Shown here one piece after another: positions 25,145 to 35,257 of a DNA stretch of 57,435 bases. The notes below the pieces were generated by a model that was not told where the DNA came from, made no database searches, and saw only the letters and a list, made by a program, of their open reading frames with translations. Location of the stretch: IMG/VR virus record IMGVR_UViG_3300045004_000084; one strand, written 5' to 3'. Source of the stretch: a virus (lineage: Duplodnaviria > Heunggongvirae > Uroviricota > Caudoviricetes). Made by a program: the position numbers and the translations under genes. Positions within the stretch are counted from its first letter, which is position 1. Every line of letters starts with the position of its first letter.

Positions 25145-25163
25145 CAATGGAAGTGCCACGTTT
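25145..25163 (-). promoter_or_regulatory. Motif A copy 3 (AAACGTGGCACTTCCATTG)
   Basis: Near-identical to copies 1 and 2. Confidence 0.6.
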
Positions 25164-25174
25164 CGGGGCCGGAT

Positions 25175-26125
25175 TTAGATGCCGAAGATGGCCTCGCTCA
25201 GGCCCCGCCGCTTGACGCTCGACCAGAGCACCGTCTTCTTGTCCCCGTTCCAGTGCTTCAGGTTGTACCCCTGCTGCCAGATCTGCTCGCCGATGCAGAT
25301 GTCGCCGCCGTTGTGCGTGATCCGGGGGTCGGGGATGTCGCACATCTCGATAAGATCAGTACGGAGCACCCAGAACGATCCGGTGCCGAAGTGGATCTTG
25401 TCCCCGTTGGACGTCTCGACCCCGCTCTTGTCGCGGAACGGACGGCCGGTGTACCACGACGCACTCTTCACCCACTCGACGTGCTTGGGGAGCATCTTGA
25501 AGAAGTATCGGCTGCCCATCATGCCGAGCTTCGGATCCTTGGTGACCGCCTGGTGCAGGGCGACGGTCATCTTCGAGAACCACTGCGAGTCCACGTCGCA
25601 CATGGTGTCGTCGTCGAACCACACCAACCAGGGGGTGGTGATCGGGTGGTTCGGGTCGTGGAACATGTCCCTCATGGCGGGGTATTTGCGGCGATTGTCG
25701 GTCGACCTGTACACCACCTGCACGCGACCGCTGCGCTGCATGTCCTCGACCATCGCCACTGTCGCCGGATGACACTGGTTGAGGTACACCCGCAGGTCCA
25801 CGTCCTTCGCCGTGGTGGTGGCGGTGATGGCCTTCAGGCACCGGCGGTGCATGTCGTGAAATTCGCCATAGCACAGCACGAAGAACGTGAATCGACCACC
25901 GATCTCGACGGTGTCGATGGCGGTCTGCGCGGTCGGCTCCGGCTGCGCCTTTACCGCCTGGACTGCCAGCGGCGTCTGGATAACCGGAATCGGCGGCTGG
26001 ACGACGGGCAGCGAAACCGCGTTCAGAGGTAGAGGCACGTCTTTGCCGATGATCTCGACTTTCAGGACGGCTCGTCGCCCGTCAGGCAGGGTGATCACCG
26101 TCGGCTGGTCGGCTGTCGGTAGCAT
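25175..26125 (-). CDS. Glycosyltransferase, GT-A fold (GT2-like)
   Basis: FFVLCY...N.C.......N..KY, W.VWFDDD (DxD) and HNGGD motifs; SD AAAGGA. Confidence 0.65.
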   Translation of the reverse strand: MLPTADQPTVITLPDGRRAVLKVEIIGKDVPLPLNAVSLPVVQPPIPVIQTPLAVQAVKAQPEPTAQTAIDTVEIGGRFTFFVLCYGEFHDMHRRCLKAITATTTAKDVDLRVYLNQCHPATVAMVEDMQRSGRVQVVYRSTDNRRKYPAMRDMFHDPNHPITTPWLVWFDDDTMCDVDSQWFSKMTVALHQAVTKDPKLGMMGSRYFFKMLPKHVEWVKSASWYTGRPFRDKSGVETSNGDKIHFGTGSFWVLRTDLIEMCDIPDPRITHNGGDICIGEQIWQQGYNLKHWNGDKKTVLWSSVKRRGLSEAIFGI

Positions 26126-26735
26126 CTCGATTCCTTTCGAGGTAAAGAATTGCCCGAGTCAGATTGCCTGAATCACTTTTGAACCGGCCTAGACCCAGAT
26201 TACAGTCGCAACACAGCAGACCGCGTACGACTCCCGAGTCGTGGCAGTGATCGACGTGCAAGGGTAAGGGTTTACCGAGCCTCGTCCGACGCTCCGGTTT
26301 CTGGCAGATGAAGCAGGCGCCGTTCTGTTCAGTCATCAGCCTCTGGTACGCCGACTCGTCCAGTCCGTAGTTACGCTTCCTTTTGTAGGCGGCGGTGTGC
26401 GGCGCAAGAGCGGACTGCTTCTTCGCGGAACAGCTTCGACAGTAGACGTGCCGACCGTCCCGACGCTTCGACGAAGCGAAGAACTCGTTCAGCGGTAACA
26501 ACTCGCGACACGACGAACAGCGTTTGTTGCCAGTATTGTAGAGGCATTTTCGGCACGTCTCGGTTCCTGTGTCGAACTCCCTCTTCGTTGTCTCCTGCTC
26601 ACAAGCACGGCACCGACGGAGCGTCGTCCTGCTGCTGCACCGACGACAGTATGGACTCCTGCCGTCTTTGCGATTCTTGTCTCGACAGAACTCCTCGACC
26701 GGCTTACTGATCTCGCACTTACTGCACGTCTTCAC
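26082..26735 (-). mobile_element. Endonuclease VII-family (HNH) homing endonuclease with tandem N-terminal Zn fingers
   Basis: Y..L...Q.G.C.IC...LHVDHCH.SG.VRGLLC..CN.GLG.F; two C..C...K....F......DG....C..C repeats; SD GGAG before the GTG. Confidence 0.85.
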
Positions 26736-26746
26736 GATGATCTCCG

Positions 26747-27718
26747 TTACAGGCTGGGTAACGTGCCATCATAATAATAGCTAAGAACAGATTCAATAAT
26801 CTTCTCGGCCGAGATCATGTCCATGCACAAGGGCACGACCTGGCCGTTGTCGGATTGCTTTGGGTACGCGCAGAAGCTCTTGTCCTTTTCGTTCGCCAGC
26901 ACCTTGTTCTTCCAGCACCCTTTTCTCAAGCAGCAGTCGAGCCGGCCGAGCGTGTGGATGTACCGGTGGTTGACGGCCAACTTGTGGCTGTTGGCTCCGA
27001 GAGCCGGGTTGTTCCGGTGGTAAGCCTCCCACCACCACTCTTCGCGGCCGCCGGCGGTGATGACGCACGGCCGGCCCAGTGCCGCTGCCGCGTGCATGGC
27101 GAAGGTGATCGTGCAGATCACTCCGTCGGCGTGCCGAATCACTTGCAGCATCTCGCGCAAGCTGGTCTGGCCTATCAGGTCGAGGGTGCCGTCGAGCTTT
27201 GGATGGAAGTGGGTAGGATTCGAGCCTTTGGCGCCGAGCTGAACGACGCCCAGACCCATTCCTCGGAGTGCGTCGACCACCCGCTGGTGTCGAGCGTAGA
27301 CGTAGTGCTTGGTGGTGAAATCGAGTTTCCCGCCGGCCAGAATAGCCCAATACCGACCTCCGACGTGCCTCGTCGCTTCCTCCTGGGGCGACAGGTGTAG
27401 GTCGGGAGTCGGGTGGGTGAGGGGCACTTTGATCGACGTCTTTCGCTCGAAGTCCTTGTGAAATGACTCGAGGAAGTGGATCGGCTGCCGAGCGGTCTGG
27501 GTAATGTACTCGCCGTACGAGAGCTTAACGACCGTGGCGCCATGGACCGTCTCGGTGACGCCATGGATGTGCGGATTGTTGAGCCAGACGTCTCGAAACG
27601 ACGTTTCGACGGCGACCTGGTATTTGCCTGGGTAAGTCAGGGCGATGTCCCGGACCAGCGCCGTCATGGCAGTGATGTCGCCGGGCGCCCGGTTGTGTCG
27701 CAGAATGATTCGTTGCAC
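26747..27718 (-). CDS. Glycosyltransferase family 9 (heptosyltransferase-like)
   Basis: PGDI...T, K.Y.....Q.VVD, DLIGQTSLRE....IRHAD.VI......MHAAAALGRP; SD AAAGGA before GTG 27718. Confidence 0.8.
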   Translation of the reverse strand: MQRIILRHNRAPGDITAMTALVRDIALTYPGKYQVAVETSFRDVWLNNPHIHGVTETVHGATVVKLSYGEYITQTARQPIHFLESFHKDFERKTSIKVPLTHPTPDLHLSPQEEATRHVGGRYWAILAGGKLDFTTKHYVYARHQRVVDALRGMGLGVVQLGAKGSNPTHFHPKLDGTLDLIGQTSLREMLQVIRHADGVICTITFAMHAAAALGRPCVITAGGREEWWWEAYHRNNPALGANSHKLAVNHRYIHTLGRLDCCLRKGCWKNKVLANEKDKSFCAYPKQSDNGQVVPLCMDMISAEKIIESVLSYYYDGTLPSL

Positions 27719-27743
27719 GCGAATCCTTTCGTGGTGCAAAATC

Positions 27744-28297
27744 TCAGTCGACCTCGGCGATGCACAGTCCACGGGGGTTCCGAAGGACGATGAACCGCTT
27801 GATCAGTCCTTTCGCCTGCAGATCCTCCAGACCCGGAAGCATTCCGTGGTGGGGCGCCGCGTCGTGGACACGACGACGGCGTTCCGGGCCAGGTAGGGCC
27901 TCATGTAGGTGAACATCTTCGGCCGATCGGGCGGATCGCCGGCGTCAACGAACAGGAAGTCTATCCCGTCGGGCGGAATCCACTTGTACACATCGGCGAC
28001 GGCCACGTCCACCGGGAGTGGGCGACACCAGTGGGCGGCGTGCCTGGCCGCCGCCTGGTCGATGTCGATGGCAGTCACCCGGCCGTGGCCGTTGAGCTTG
28101 GCGGCCATGCCGAGCATGCGCGTTGTGTGCCCCCAGGCCGAACCGAGCTCGACGATCACGTCCGGCTGAGTGAGCCGGACGAGACCGGCGATGGCTTCGG
28201 ACACCTCGGTCTCGGTGGACATAGCGTCGGGGGCGTGCCAGCGCTCCGGGTGCGGGCAGAAATCGCACGGCGGCGTCCAGGTAGATTCCGGCCTCAT
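27744..28297 (-). CDS. Class I SAM methyltransferase (Methyltransf_24-like) with an apparent 1-nt deletion at about 27868
   Basis: VELGSAWG motif I and IDFLFVD. Restoring one base gives [12 protein letters not shown]...[11 protein letters not shown], the expected HD...PRG C-terminus. Confidence 0.75.
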
Positions 28298-29826
28298 ACG
28301 ATCTCCTCGATGGTCTCGTCGAAGCACTGGTCCGGATTGGAACAAGGCCCAACGGGATTCTCGTAGCCGAACTTTTTCATGTCGTCTTCGGTCAAGTCCG
28401 GGGCAACCGCAATGAGTGTCCGGTCGTGATCCGGACCGACCAGCCAGTACCTCGGCTGCGGAGCGCCGATGGCCTGACCGCCCATGTCTCCGCCTATCGT
28501 GCAATTAACGGTTGTGTGGTCTCCGTTGGTACAACCTCCGGGTGGTGTCGCACACCCGCAGTTTTGACCGATGCAGCCGAAAGTCATCAGAACCCACACC
28601 TCGTCGACGCAGTCGTAGGTGCATGAGGTGCTGGGACAGCAAGCCTCCGTGCAAGAGAGCATATCCGGGTACGCGCCGCTGCCGTCGCCGGGGTCGGTGC
28701 AGGTACCTGCTCCGTCGCAGTTGAAGCTCGTCTGCGTGCAGACAGCCTGGCAGCTCGGCAGGTCGGGGTAAGTTCCGGTGCCGTCTCCAGGGTCTATGCA
28801 CATGTTGGCAGAGCAGTTATAGCTCACCTCAACGCAGGCAGCCTGGCAGCCCACCAGATCGGGGTAAGCTCCGGTGCCGTCGCCCGGGTCTATGCATATG
28901 CCGCCAGAGCAATTGTAACTTACTGATCCCGGCCCGGCGGAGCTGCAGCACGGGCCGTACTCACCCTGCGGACCACGGTATCCCTGCGGACCACGGTAAC
29001 CCTGGAGACCACGGTAACCCTGGAGACCACGGTATCCCTGAACGCCGCGATAGCCCTGCGGACCCCAATAGCCTTGCGGACCCCAGTAGCCCTGCGGACC
29101 ACGATATCCTTGTGGACCACGGTATCCCTGAGGGCCACGGTAGCCTTGTGGACCCCAGTAGCCCTGCGGACCACGATATCCTTGTGGACCACGGTATCCC
29201 TGAGGGCCACGGTATCCCTGAGGGCCACGGTAACCCTGCGAACCTTGATTACCCTGCGGTCCAGGCGGTCCTGTCGGTCCTGTCGGTCCCTGCGGTCCCC
29301 GAAATCCTTGCGGCAGATGAAAGGCGAAGTGGAACCGTTGGAAGCACGGATCGTCGGTCTCGATCTCGGTGACCGTGACGTACCCGTCGTCCGGATCGAA
29401 GCCGGGCGCCAACATCTCCACCGACGCCGAGATACTGACATCAGTGCAAGCGCCGTCGACGCCGGGGGGACCGGGAGGACCGGGAGGACCGGCAGAACCT
29501 TGCGGCCCCTTCGGTATCGTGAAGTTGAACTGGATGTCTGTCAAGCACTCCGACGAGTTGGCGTCGTCGTTGGTCGTGACGACCTCGACTTCGGCTACGC
29601 TCCCCTCGGTGGTGGTGGCGGTAGCGCTGACGTTGATCGTGGGACACGGTGCCGCAGGCCCTACCGGACCAGCCGGCCCGATCAGCGGCACATCGACGTC
29701 GATGTCGGGGCAGTCGTAGATCGGCGGCGGCGCGTCGGGGATCTCGCAGTCCGAAACGAACTGGAAGTCCTCGATCGCCGGGATCGACGGCAAGTTGCAG
29801 CGGCTGGTGTCGAACACGGACGACAT
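28294..29826 (-). CDS. Collagen-like fibre protein with Cys-rich C-terminal repeats
   Basis: Three Gly-X-Y tracts, the longest made of about 15 G-x-Q-G-Y-[R/W] units; three C.DPGDG.G.YPD...C...C repeats. Confidence 0.85.
   Translation of the reverse strand: MSSVFDTSRCNLPSIPAIEDFQFVSDCEIPDAPPPIYDCPDIDVDVPLIGPAGPVGPAAPCPTINVSATATTTEGSVAEVEVVTTNDDANSSECLTDIQFNFTIPKGPQGSAGPPGPPGPPGVDGACTDVSISASVEMLAPGFDPDDGYVTVTEIETDDPCFQRFHFAFHLPQGFRGPQGPTGPTGPPGPQGNQGSQGYRGPQGYRGPQGYRGPQGYRGPQGYWGPQGYRGPQGYRGPQGYRGPQGYWGPQGYWGPQGYRGVQGYRGLQGYRGLQGYRGPQGYRGPQGEYGPCCSSAGPGSVSYNCSGGICIDPGDGTGAYPDLVGCQAACVEVSYNCSANMCIDPGDGTGTYPDLPSCQAVCTQTSFNCDGAGTCTDPGDGSGAYPDMLSCTEACCPSTSCTYDCVDEVWVLMTFGCIGQNCGCATPPGGCTNGDHTTVNCTIGGDMGGQAIGAPQPRYWLVGPDHDRTLIAVAPDLTEDDMKKFGYENPVGPCSNPDQCFDETIEEIV
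28961..29261 (-). repeat. 18-bp coding tandem repeat (GPQGYR units)
   Basis: Degenerate GGTCCGCAGGGATACCGT-like units in the collagen gene. Confidence 0.85.
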
Positions 29827-29958
29827 CGTTCGGCCTCCTGCCGACTACACGACCGATTCCTTCGGTCGACCACGATGGAGTGGCAGTTAACTAATACACA
29901 ACAGCAATAAGATACGGCGGGCTGGGGGGTCTTGGAACACTGGTGGTCACGGTACAGG

Positions 29959-31341
29959 TCATGGGCACGGACCACAATTGCCGATAGATTCAAGCAGGAC
30001 GGTTTGGCCGCTCCAGTTACCAGTGCTGCTGCCGGCCAGGTTCAACGTCATCGGCCCGCAGCAGACCAGCGGCCCTGTGAAAGTGACGTTCTCTCCGTTC
30101 TGACTCCCTATCAGTTCTGCCGTTCCAAGGTTGCCCCCCGGGTTTAATGTCAGAGTCCACTGCGGCCCGTCGTTGAGGCCGTCACCCCAAACCCAGGTAC
30201 TAGGCATAGACCGGTTGAGTACGAATACGCCATCGAGGTGCGGCATGTCGGGATCGTTCTCGGTGGGTACTGTCAGCCGCCAGGCGAACGGAGTACCTTC
30301 TTCGCACCCCAACACGTCACACCAGCCGGCCGGGTAGCTGGACGACGAAGACATGTACGGCCAGTCGGACGACGAAGCCGGCGGACTCGGGACGATCGAA
30401 CTTTCGATCGGTGGCACACACAGAGCCATACCGTGAAGGTCGGCCTCGACCACCAGTGTGTTGGGCAAGTCGGGGTCCGGGTCGATGCGGACTCCGTCGC
30501 CCGGTTTGAAGTTGATCACCCGCCCGCCGACCCCGTTGATCGTCCTGAGCACCTCGTTGCACTTCGGCCCGCCGGTCAAGAGGTTGCTGCCGGGCTGGTT
30601 CTCTTCAGCCGGAAACGCCTTCACTTCGTCGCACGCCTCGCCCTCGCCGGCTCCTACCTGGCCGGAGATGGTAACGCTGTTTTCGACCCGGTTCGCCCGG
30701 ATCACGCAGTTGTAACCCTCCTTCAACTGCAGCCGGCCAGTGAGACACCGCGCCTGTACGTCGATCGTCCCGTCTTCCGGGCCGGCCGGAACCGACGAGC
30801 ACCCGGCCGGGTCGTCGACCAGGGTGCGCCGCTTGTTAGCCAGATTTACCGCCCGGACGAAAGTTCTGGCGAGGTTTTGTACCGTAGCCGGCTCGACCTC
30901 GGACACTGCTCCGTGGTCGGCCCACTCCTCGCCGTTTGCCAGCAGGTCGGGCAGTTTCTCCAAAAGGCCGGTGACCAGGAACCCCTCCATGATGGGGTCG
31001 TCTACACAGTCATCGCCGTGCGAGCTGGAGTAAGACCCGCTCGCTTCGTCGTCGCGCTCGAAGCTGGTGGCGTACTCCGGGTCGGCCAGATCGCGGGTGA
31101 ACACGAGCGCCCGGCCCCGGCATCCGGGAGCGTTGGCGCGGAACTCGAACGTGTACGTCGTGCCGGAACGGGCGACGCGGTGCAACCACACCCGGTGCAA
31201 CTGGTCGTCGAATTCGGCCCGAATGCCCATGACGACGCCGAAGTCGACCAGCACCTCTTCGGGCAGAGGTATACCGAGCGGACCGTCGATCAGCGGGTAC
31301 GCTCGGTGTTCGTTCGCGCTGTAGAAGCCGGCGAGGGACAT
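29959..31341 (-). CDS. Putative tail fibre/baseplate-associated protein (NxxRxYP family, 460 aa)
   Basis: N-terminal FYSANEHRAYPL, LRTINGV motif, Ser-rich linker, Cys-rich C-terminus. Confidence 0.6.
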   Translation of the reverse strand: MSLAGFYSANEHRAYPLIDGPLGIPLPEEVLVDFGVVMGIRAEFDDQLHRVWLHRVARSGTTYTFEFRANAPGCRGRALVFTRDLADPEYATSFERDDEASGSYSSSHGDDCVDDPIMEGFLVTGLLEKLPDLLANGEEWADHGAVSEVEPATVQNLARTFVRAVNLANKRRTLVDDPAGCSSVPAGPEDGTIDVQARCLTGRLQLKEGYNCVIRANRVENSVTISGQVGAGEGEACDEVKAFPAEENQPGSNLLTGGPKCNEVLRTINGVGGRVINFKPGDGVRIDPDPDLPNTLVVEADLHGMALCVPPIESSIVPSPPASSSDWPYMSSSSSYPAGWCDVLGCEEGTPFAWRLTVPTENDPDMPHLDGVFVLNRSMPSTWVWGDGLNDGPQWTLTLNPGGNLGTAELIGSQNGENVTFTGPLVCCGPMTLNLAGSSTGNWSGQTVLLESIGNCGPCP

Positions 31342-32114
31342 TACACCACCCCCTCTAGCTTCTGTCCGACAACTTCGACGCGGATAGAACGCCCGTCGTC
31401 CGACGGGTACAGCCGGAGGATGGTGTCGCCGGCCAGTTCGCTGTTGACGGTGATGAGGAACGTACCCCGCTCGTCGGGCGGTATGCCGTTGATGGTCTTG
31501 ATGAACCGGGGTGTGACGAACAGGTCGTTCGGCTCGCACAGCCGACGACGGAACAGCGGGTCGCCGACCAGATCGACGCGGATCACGCCTTCGCCGTCTT
31601 TGCGGACCACGATTCCGTCTTCACCCACGATCCACACGTCGCCGGTGAACAGGGTGCCGTCGTCGAGCTTCAGCCCGCGCAGGCCGGGTGCCGGCATCGG
31701 TACCACGCAAGAGGAAACGAATTCGGCCTTCTGGCCGAACTCGTGGTCCCCGAACGGCCACGTCTGGAACGCCGCCAGCCGCTCCGGGGTCGAGACGATG
31801 AGACCGGCCGGGCGGCCGTACGAGTCGAATAGCGGCAATTCGCTGGGGGGCTCCAGCGGATCAAATTCGGCCGAAGCCAGTTCCGCTCCGGTTTGAGAGC
31901 CTACGACGATGGTGACGGTTCTGGTTCCCCGGGCGGCGATGCGGACGAGAAACAGACGCGGGCCGCCGCCGATCGGGTACAGAACGGCATCGAGGAAGAT
32001 GGACGGGTCGAGGGTCAGGCCCGATCCGGCAGACAGCGAGGCGTCGTCGGCGAAAGGGTACTTCGACTCCGCCTGCTCGTCGCGCCACTCCTGGTAGATA
32101 ATCCGCTGTTCCAC
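31341..32114 (-). CDS. Putative structural protein (NxxRxYP family, 257 aa)
   Basis: YQEWRDEQAESKYPF; IKTINGIPPD; SD GGAGG. Confidence 0.6.
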   Translation of the reverse strand: MEQRIIYQEWRDEQAESKYPFADDASLSAGSGLTLDPSIFLDAVLYPIGGGPRLFLVRIAARGTRTVTIVVGSQTGAELASAEFDPLEPPSELPLFDSYGRPAGLIVSTPERLAAFQTWPFGDHEFGQKAEFVSSCVVPMPAPGLRGLKLDDGTLFTGDVWIVGEDGIVVRKDGEGVIRVDLVGDPLFRRRLCEPNDLFVTPRFIKTINGIPPDERGTFLITVNSELAGDTILRLYPSDDGRSIRVEVVGQKLEGVV

Positions 32115-32153
32115 CGCTCGCCCTCCATGGCGGCCGGTACCATACCACGAACG

Positions 32154-33869
32154 TCAAACTTGTTCGACCCTGAAGAACGAGAAGTACGCCCGGGAGTGTT
32201 CGGACCCGATCCCTATCTTACCCCGACCGGGGGCGAACGCCGTAGTCGTCGTGTTGATCGACAGGAGCTGGACCAGCGTCGGGATCTCGATCAGCCGGGC
32301 CACGATCTTCGCCGTGCCGGGGCTGATCTCGGTCACGGTCGCTTCCAGGCGGTACCAGGTGTCCCACTCGACCAGCCGGCCGATTGCCGACAGCGGCGCC
32401 GACACGAGCGTCGTCCAGCTCGACCCGGTCCACCACCGGATCCGCAGCGAGTGGTTCGGGCGGTCGATCTCGACGGTCCAGTACTCGAACCCGCCGCCGC
32501 CGCCGAGACGGTTGCGCAAGTTGAGCACAATCGCCGCGTTGCCACGACCCTGGTTCGCGGGCAGCATGACGTCGGTCGTCAGCCTGAGTCCGTACACCTC
32601 CTCGTAGGCGCAGTCGAACCACACGGCCATGTTCCGACCGGCCACTTCGTCGGCTACCCACGACGTGTCGGTGCCGGGGATTGTGTACTGGCGCACCTCG
32701 GACCAGCTCGACGAGCTCGACGCGGAGTAGTACGCCACCGAACTCGACACGGTGTCGTCGTAGCCCTCCTCCGGGCTGTCGAGCCCGACGAAGGTCCACG
32801 ATCCGTATATTATTTGCCAGTTGTCCGGGTCGCGGTCGTCGAACGTCTCGGTGTGCGGCAGATCGGCACAGATGTCGAGGACCTGGCTCGAGGCGCTGGG
32901 ATACTCGCTATCCAAGTCGGGTTGCGGCGCAAACAGCGGGCCGCCGGTCCTGGCGTTGGCGTCCTGGTCTCCGTCCGACGGGTTGCACTCGTCGTCGTAC
33001 TCGTTGGGCAGGCGCCCCTGGGTGTTCGGCAACCGGTCGTCTCGGGTGCAGGCGTCGATCAGGCCGTACGGGTAGTCGAGAACCAGTCCGCCGCCGCCGT
33101 TGATCGGGGTGGCGCGCAGGGGCGACGGAAACTTGATAGTCAGGTTCCCGTTGCAATCCGGTCCGACCGTGTTGATGAACTCGACCGCCGGGCGGTTGCA
33201 GGTGTTCGACTCCGGTCGACCGGCGCACGGCCCACGGTACTTGTCGAACAGGTTCTGCGGGGTGTTCTGACGCAGCCGAATCACCATCGCGTTGACGGTC
33301 TGCCCGTCGATCACCCGGTCGGCGGCGAGAATCTCAACGTCCGGCCCGGCCTTCACCGTCACCACCCCGTCCAGGCGGACCGAGCTGTTGAGCTTGGCGA
33401 TCGAGGGAATCGGCAGCGGCCGGTAGAAGCGACACGTCTTCGGGTTCAGTCCCGCTTGCTGGGGAGTCGAAAACCGGGCGCTAAACAGCTTGGCCGCCCC
33501 TTCGCCGAACACCAGCCACCCGCCGACCCCTTCGGTCATCGGGTTGATCGGGTACGGACGGCCCTGCTGGATCGGCAGGCGGACGCTGACGGCTCCCAGA
33601 GGCACGAACGTCGCGGTCCCGGCCGACGCCCCGGCGGGGACGACCGGCGGGTGCGCGACGGCCACCAGGGTGACTGACACCAAACTCTTCGACACGATGA
33701 CGGAGCTAACCGCCACGCCGGTACCCAGGGTGGACGGCAGGCGGACGTTGGCGTCGACGATGAGGTTGTTCGGCAGGTTCTCCCCGCCGTCTCCCTCGCC
33801 GGTGGCGCCGTCGTCGATCGGGTAACGCCGGGTGCCGTTGAGCGTGTACCAGTTGCGGTTGAGCGGCAT
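32154..33869 (-). CDS. Putative structural protein (NxxRxYP family, 571 aa) with C-terminal beta-sandwich (lectin-like) domain
   Basis: NWYTLNGTRRYPI; EFINTVGPD; W..I.G.W...W.RLE...G.IGI pattern of ConA/LamG-like folds (inference). Confidence 0.55.
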   Translation of the reverse strand: MPLNRNWYTLNGTRRYPIDDGATGEGDGGENLPNNLIVDANVRLPSTLGTGVAVSSVIVSKSLVSVTLVAVAHPPVVPAGASAGTATFVPLGAVSVRLPIQQGRPYPINPMTEGVGGWLVFGEGAAKLFSARFSTPQQAGLNPKTCRFYRPLPIPSIAKLNSSVRLDGVVTVKAGPDVEILAADRVIDGQTVNAMVIRLRQNTPQNLFDKYRGPCAGRPESNTCNRPAVEFINTVGPDCNGNLTIKFPSPLRATPINGGGGLVLDYPYGLIDACTRDDRLPNTQGRLPNEYDDECNPSDGDQDANARTGGPLFAPQPDLDSEYPSASSQVLDICADLPHTETFDDRDPDNWQIIYGSWTFVGLDSPEEGYDDTVSSSVAYYSASSSSSWSEVRQYTIPGTDTSWVADEVAGRNMAVWFDCAYEEVYGLRLTTDVMLPANQGRGNAAIVLNLRNRLGGGGGFEYWTVEIDRPNHSLRIRWWTGSSWTTLVSAPLSAIGRLVEWDTWYRLEATVTEISPGTAKIVARLIEIPTLVQLLSINTTTTAFAPGRGKIGIGSEHSRAYFSFFRVEQV

Positions 33870-35257
33870 TAGTCCGGCTCCTCGATGATCAGGTGCCGGG
33901 TGATCGTCGCCTCTGGTTGCGGCGTCGGCGAGTCGTTGATGTACGGGCGGACGATCACCTTCACGCGGGCGCCTACCGGCGCGTCCTTCCACGTCATTTG
34001 GAACTTCACTCGGGCCATACGAGCGGTGTCGACCGGCTCCCAGATCGCGTAGTAGATGGGCCAGTCGCCGCCGAGGGTGTAGAACTCGGGATGCCCGCCG
34101 CTGGTCGGGTACCACAGCACGGTCGACTTCTTGACCTTGCCGGTGAAGTTCAGGTTCGTCTGGAACTCGATCTCGAGCTTCAGCTTGCCGACGCACTGCC
34201 CGGTGGAGTTGCAGTAACCGGCCGAGATGTACCCGCCCTTGGGGTAGTACGGCAGGAACGACACGCGGGCCGGGTGGTCGGCCCGACACTCCTTGTCGGC
34301 CAGCCACCGGTCGCGGTTCTCGACGTACTGGTTGCGGACCACGTTCGACCGGACCCCGAGCACCTTGTACTTGTCGTACAGCTTGCGGATGCCCATGTAG
34401 GTGTTGACGAAGTCGTCGCACTCGCAGCACGGGCGGCAGTCGTTGTTCACCTTCAGGCCGTTCAGCAACGTGGGCGTGGCGAGGCCCCCGGACACGTTCG
34501 CCGGTCGCTCGAGCCAGTAGCAGTCCTTGGCCGACAGCAGCAGGTTGTGGTACTCGTCGGGACGTTGTTGGTTGACCCGGCGGATCGACAGGTCGGGCTC
34601 CTGACAGCTCGGGAACAGGCCGTCGCCGAGCCCCGGATCGGCGGTCACCGTCACCAGGTTGCGGTACGCCTTGCCGGGCTTGAAGGCCACTTCGGTGAGG
34701 ACGGCCTCGACGTTGTACCCGCCCTGGATCTCGATTGCTCCGGTTATGAGCTGGTCGTTCACCTTGAACGCGAGCACCTGGTCGGGCAACAGCTCCGAAC
34801 ACCGTTCGTCGAGTACTGCACTCTCCGGGGTCCACTGGTTCGGGTACTCGCCGTATCCGTCCGGGCCGGAGGTGTGCTGCACGACCTTGCAGACGGCGGT
34901 GTCGGAGATCCACTCGTGGATCCGGAACCGGCTGTCCCAGTCGTGGCTCTTGTACTCGGACGCTTTGGTGCTGTCGAAGATCACCCTGTCGGCGGCGTCT
35001 ACGACCAGGAGGTCGCTGGCGTGTATCGAGTCCGGCAGCCCGTCGGAACTCGATCCGCTCTCGCTCGAGGCGGCGCTCGTCGGCTGTCGGAACCCGTACA
35101 GCCACTTCACGCGCAACGGAACGACGACTTCCTTCACCCGGTGAACCAGGTGGAAATCGGCGAACAGCCCCTTCACGTCGGCCGACGGGAGGACGAACGG
35201 GAAATCGACGCCCGAGTAGCTCACGCCTGTAGGGCGGCCGTTGTCTGCGACGCTCAT
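33869..35257 (-). CDS. Putative structural protein (462 aa)
   Basis: IRRVNQQRPD and NDCRPCCEC motif shared with 35814-36791; ATGA coupling. Confidence 0.6.
   Translation of the reverse strand: MSVADNGRPTGVSYSGVDFPFVLPSADVKGLFADFHLVHRVKEVVVPLRVKWLYGFRQPTSAASSESGSSSDGLPDSIHASDLLVVDAADRVIFDSTKASEYKSHDWDSRFRIHEWISDTAVCKVVQHTSGPDGYGEYPNQWTPESAVLDERCSELLPDQVLAFKVNDQLITGAIEIQGGYNVEAVLTEVAFKPGKAYRNLVTVTADPGLGDGLFPSCQEPDLSIRRVNQQRPDEYHNLLLSAKDCYWLERPANVSGGLATPTLLNGLKVNNDCRPCCECDDFVNTYMGIRKLYDKYKVLGVRSNVVRNQYVENRDRWLADKECRADHPARVSFLPYYPKGGYISAGYCNSTGQCVGKLKLEIEFQTNLNFTGKVKKSTVLWYPTSGGHPEFYTLGGDWPIYYAIWEPVDTARMARVKFQMTWKDAPVGARVKVIVRPYINDSPTPQPEATITRHLIIEEPD

Noticed and set aside
22446-25163. Firm sigma-54 promoter call for motif A
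   Set aside because: The -12 element reads GA rather than the near-invariant GC in all three copies; kept only as a hypothesis.
28961-29261. Tandem repeats considered as a CRISPR array (also 36910-37017 and 300-520)
   Set aside because: Contiguous 12/18-bp or triplet units with no unique spacers, in frame inside coding sequences; no cas genes.
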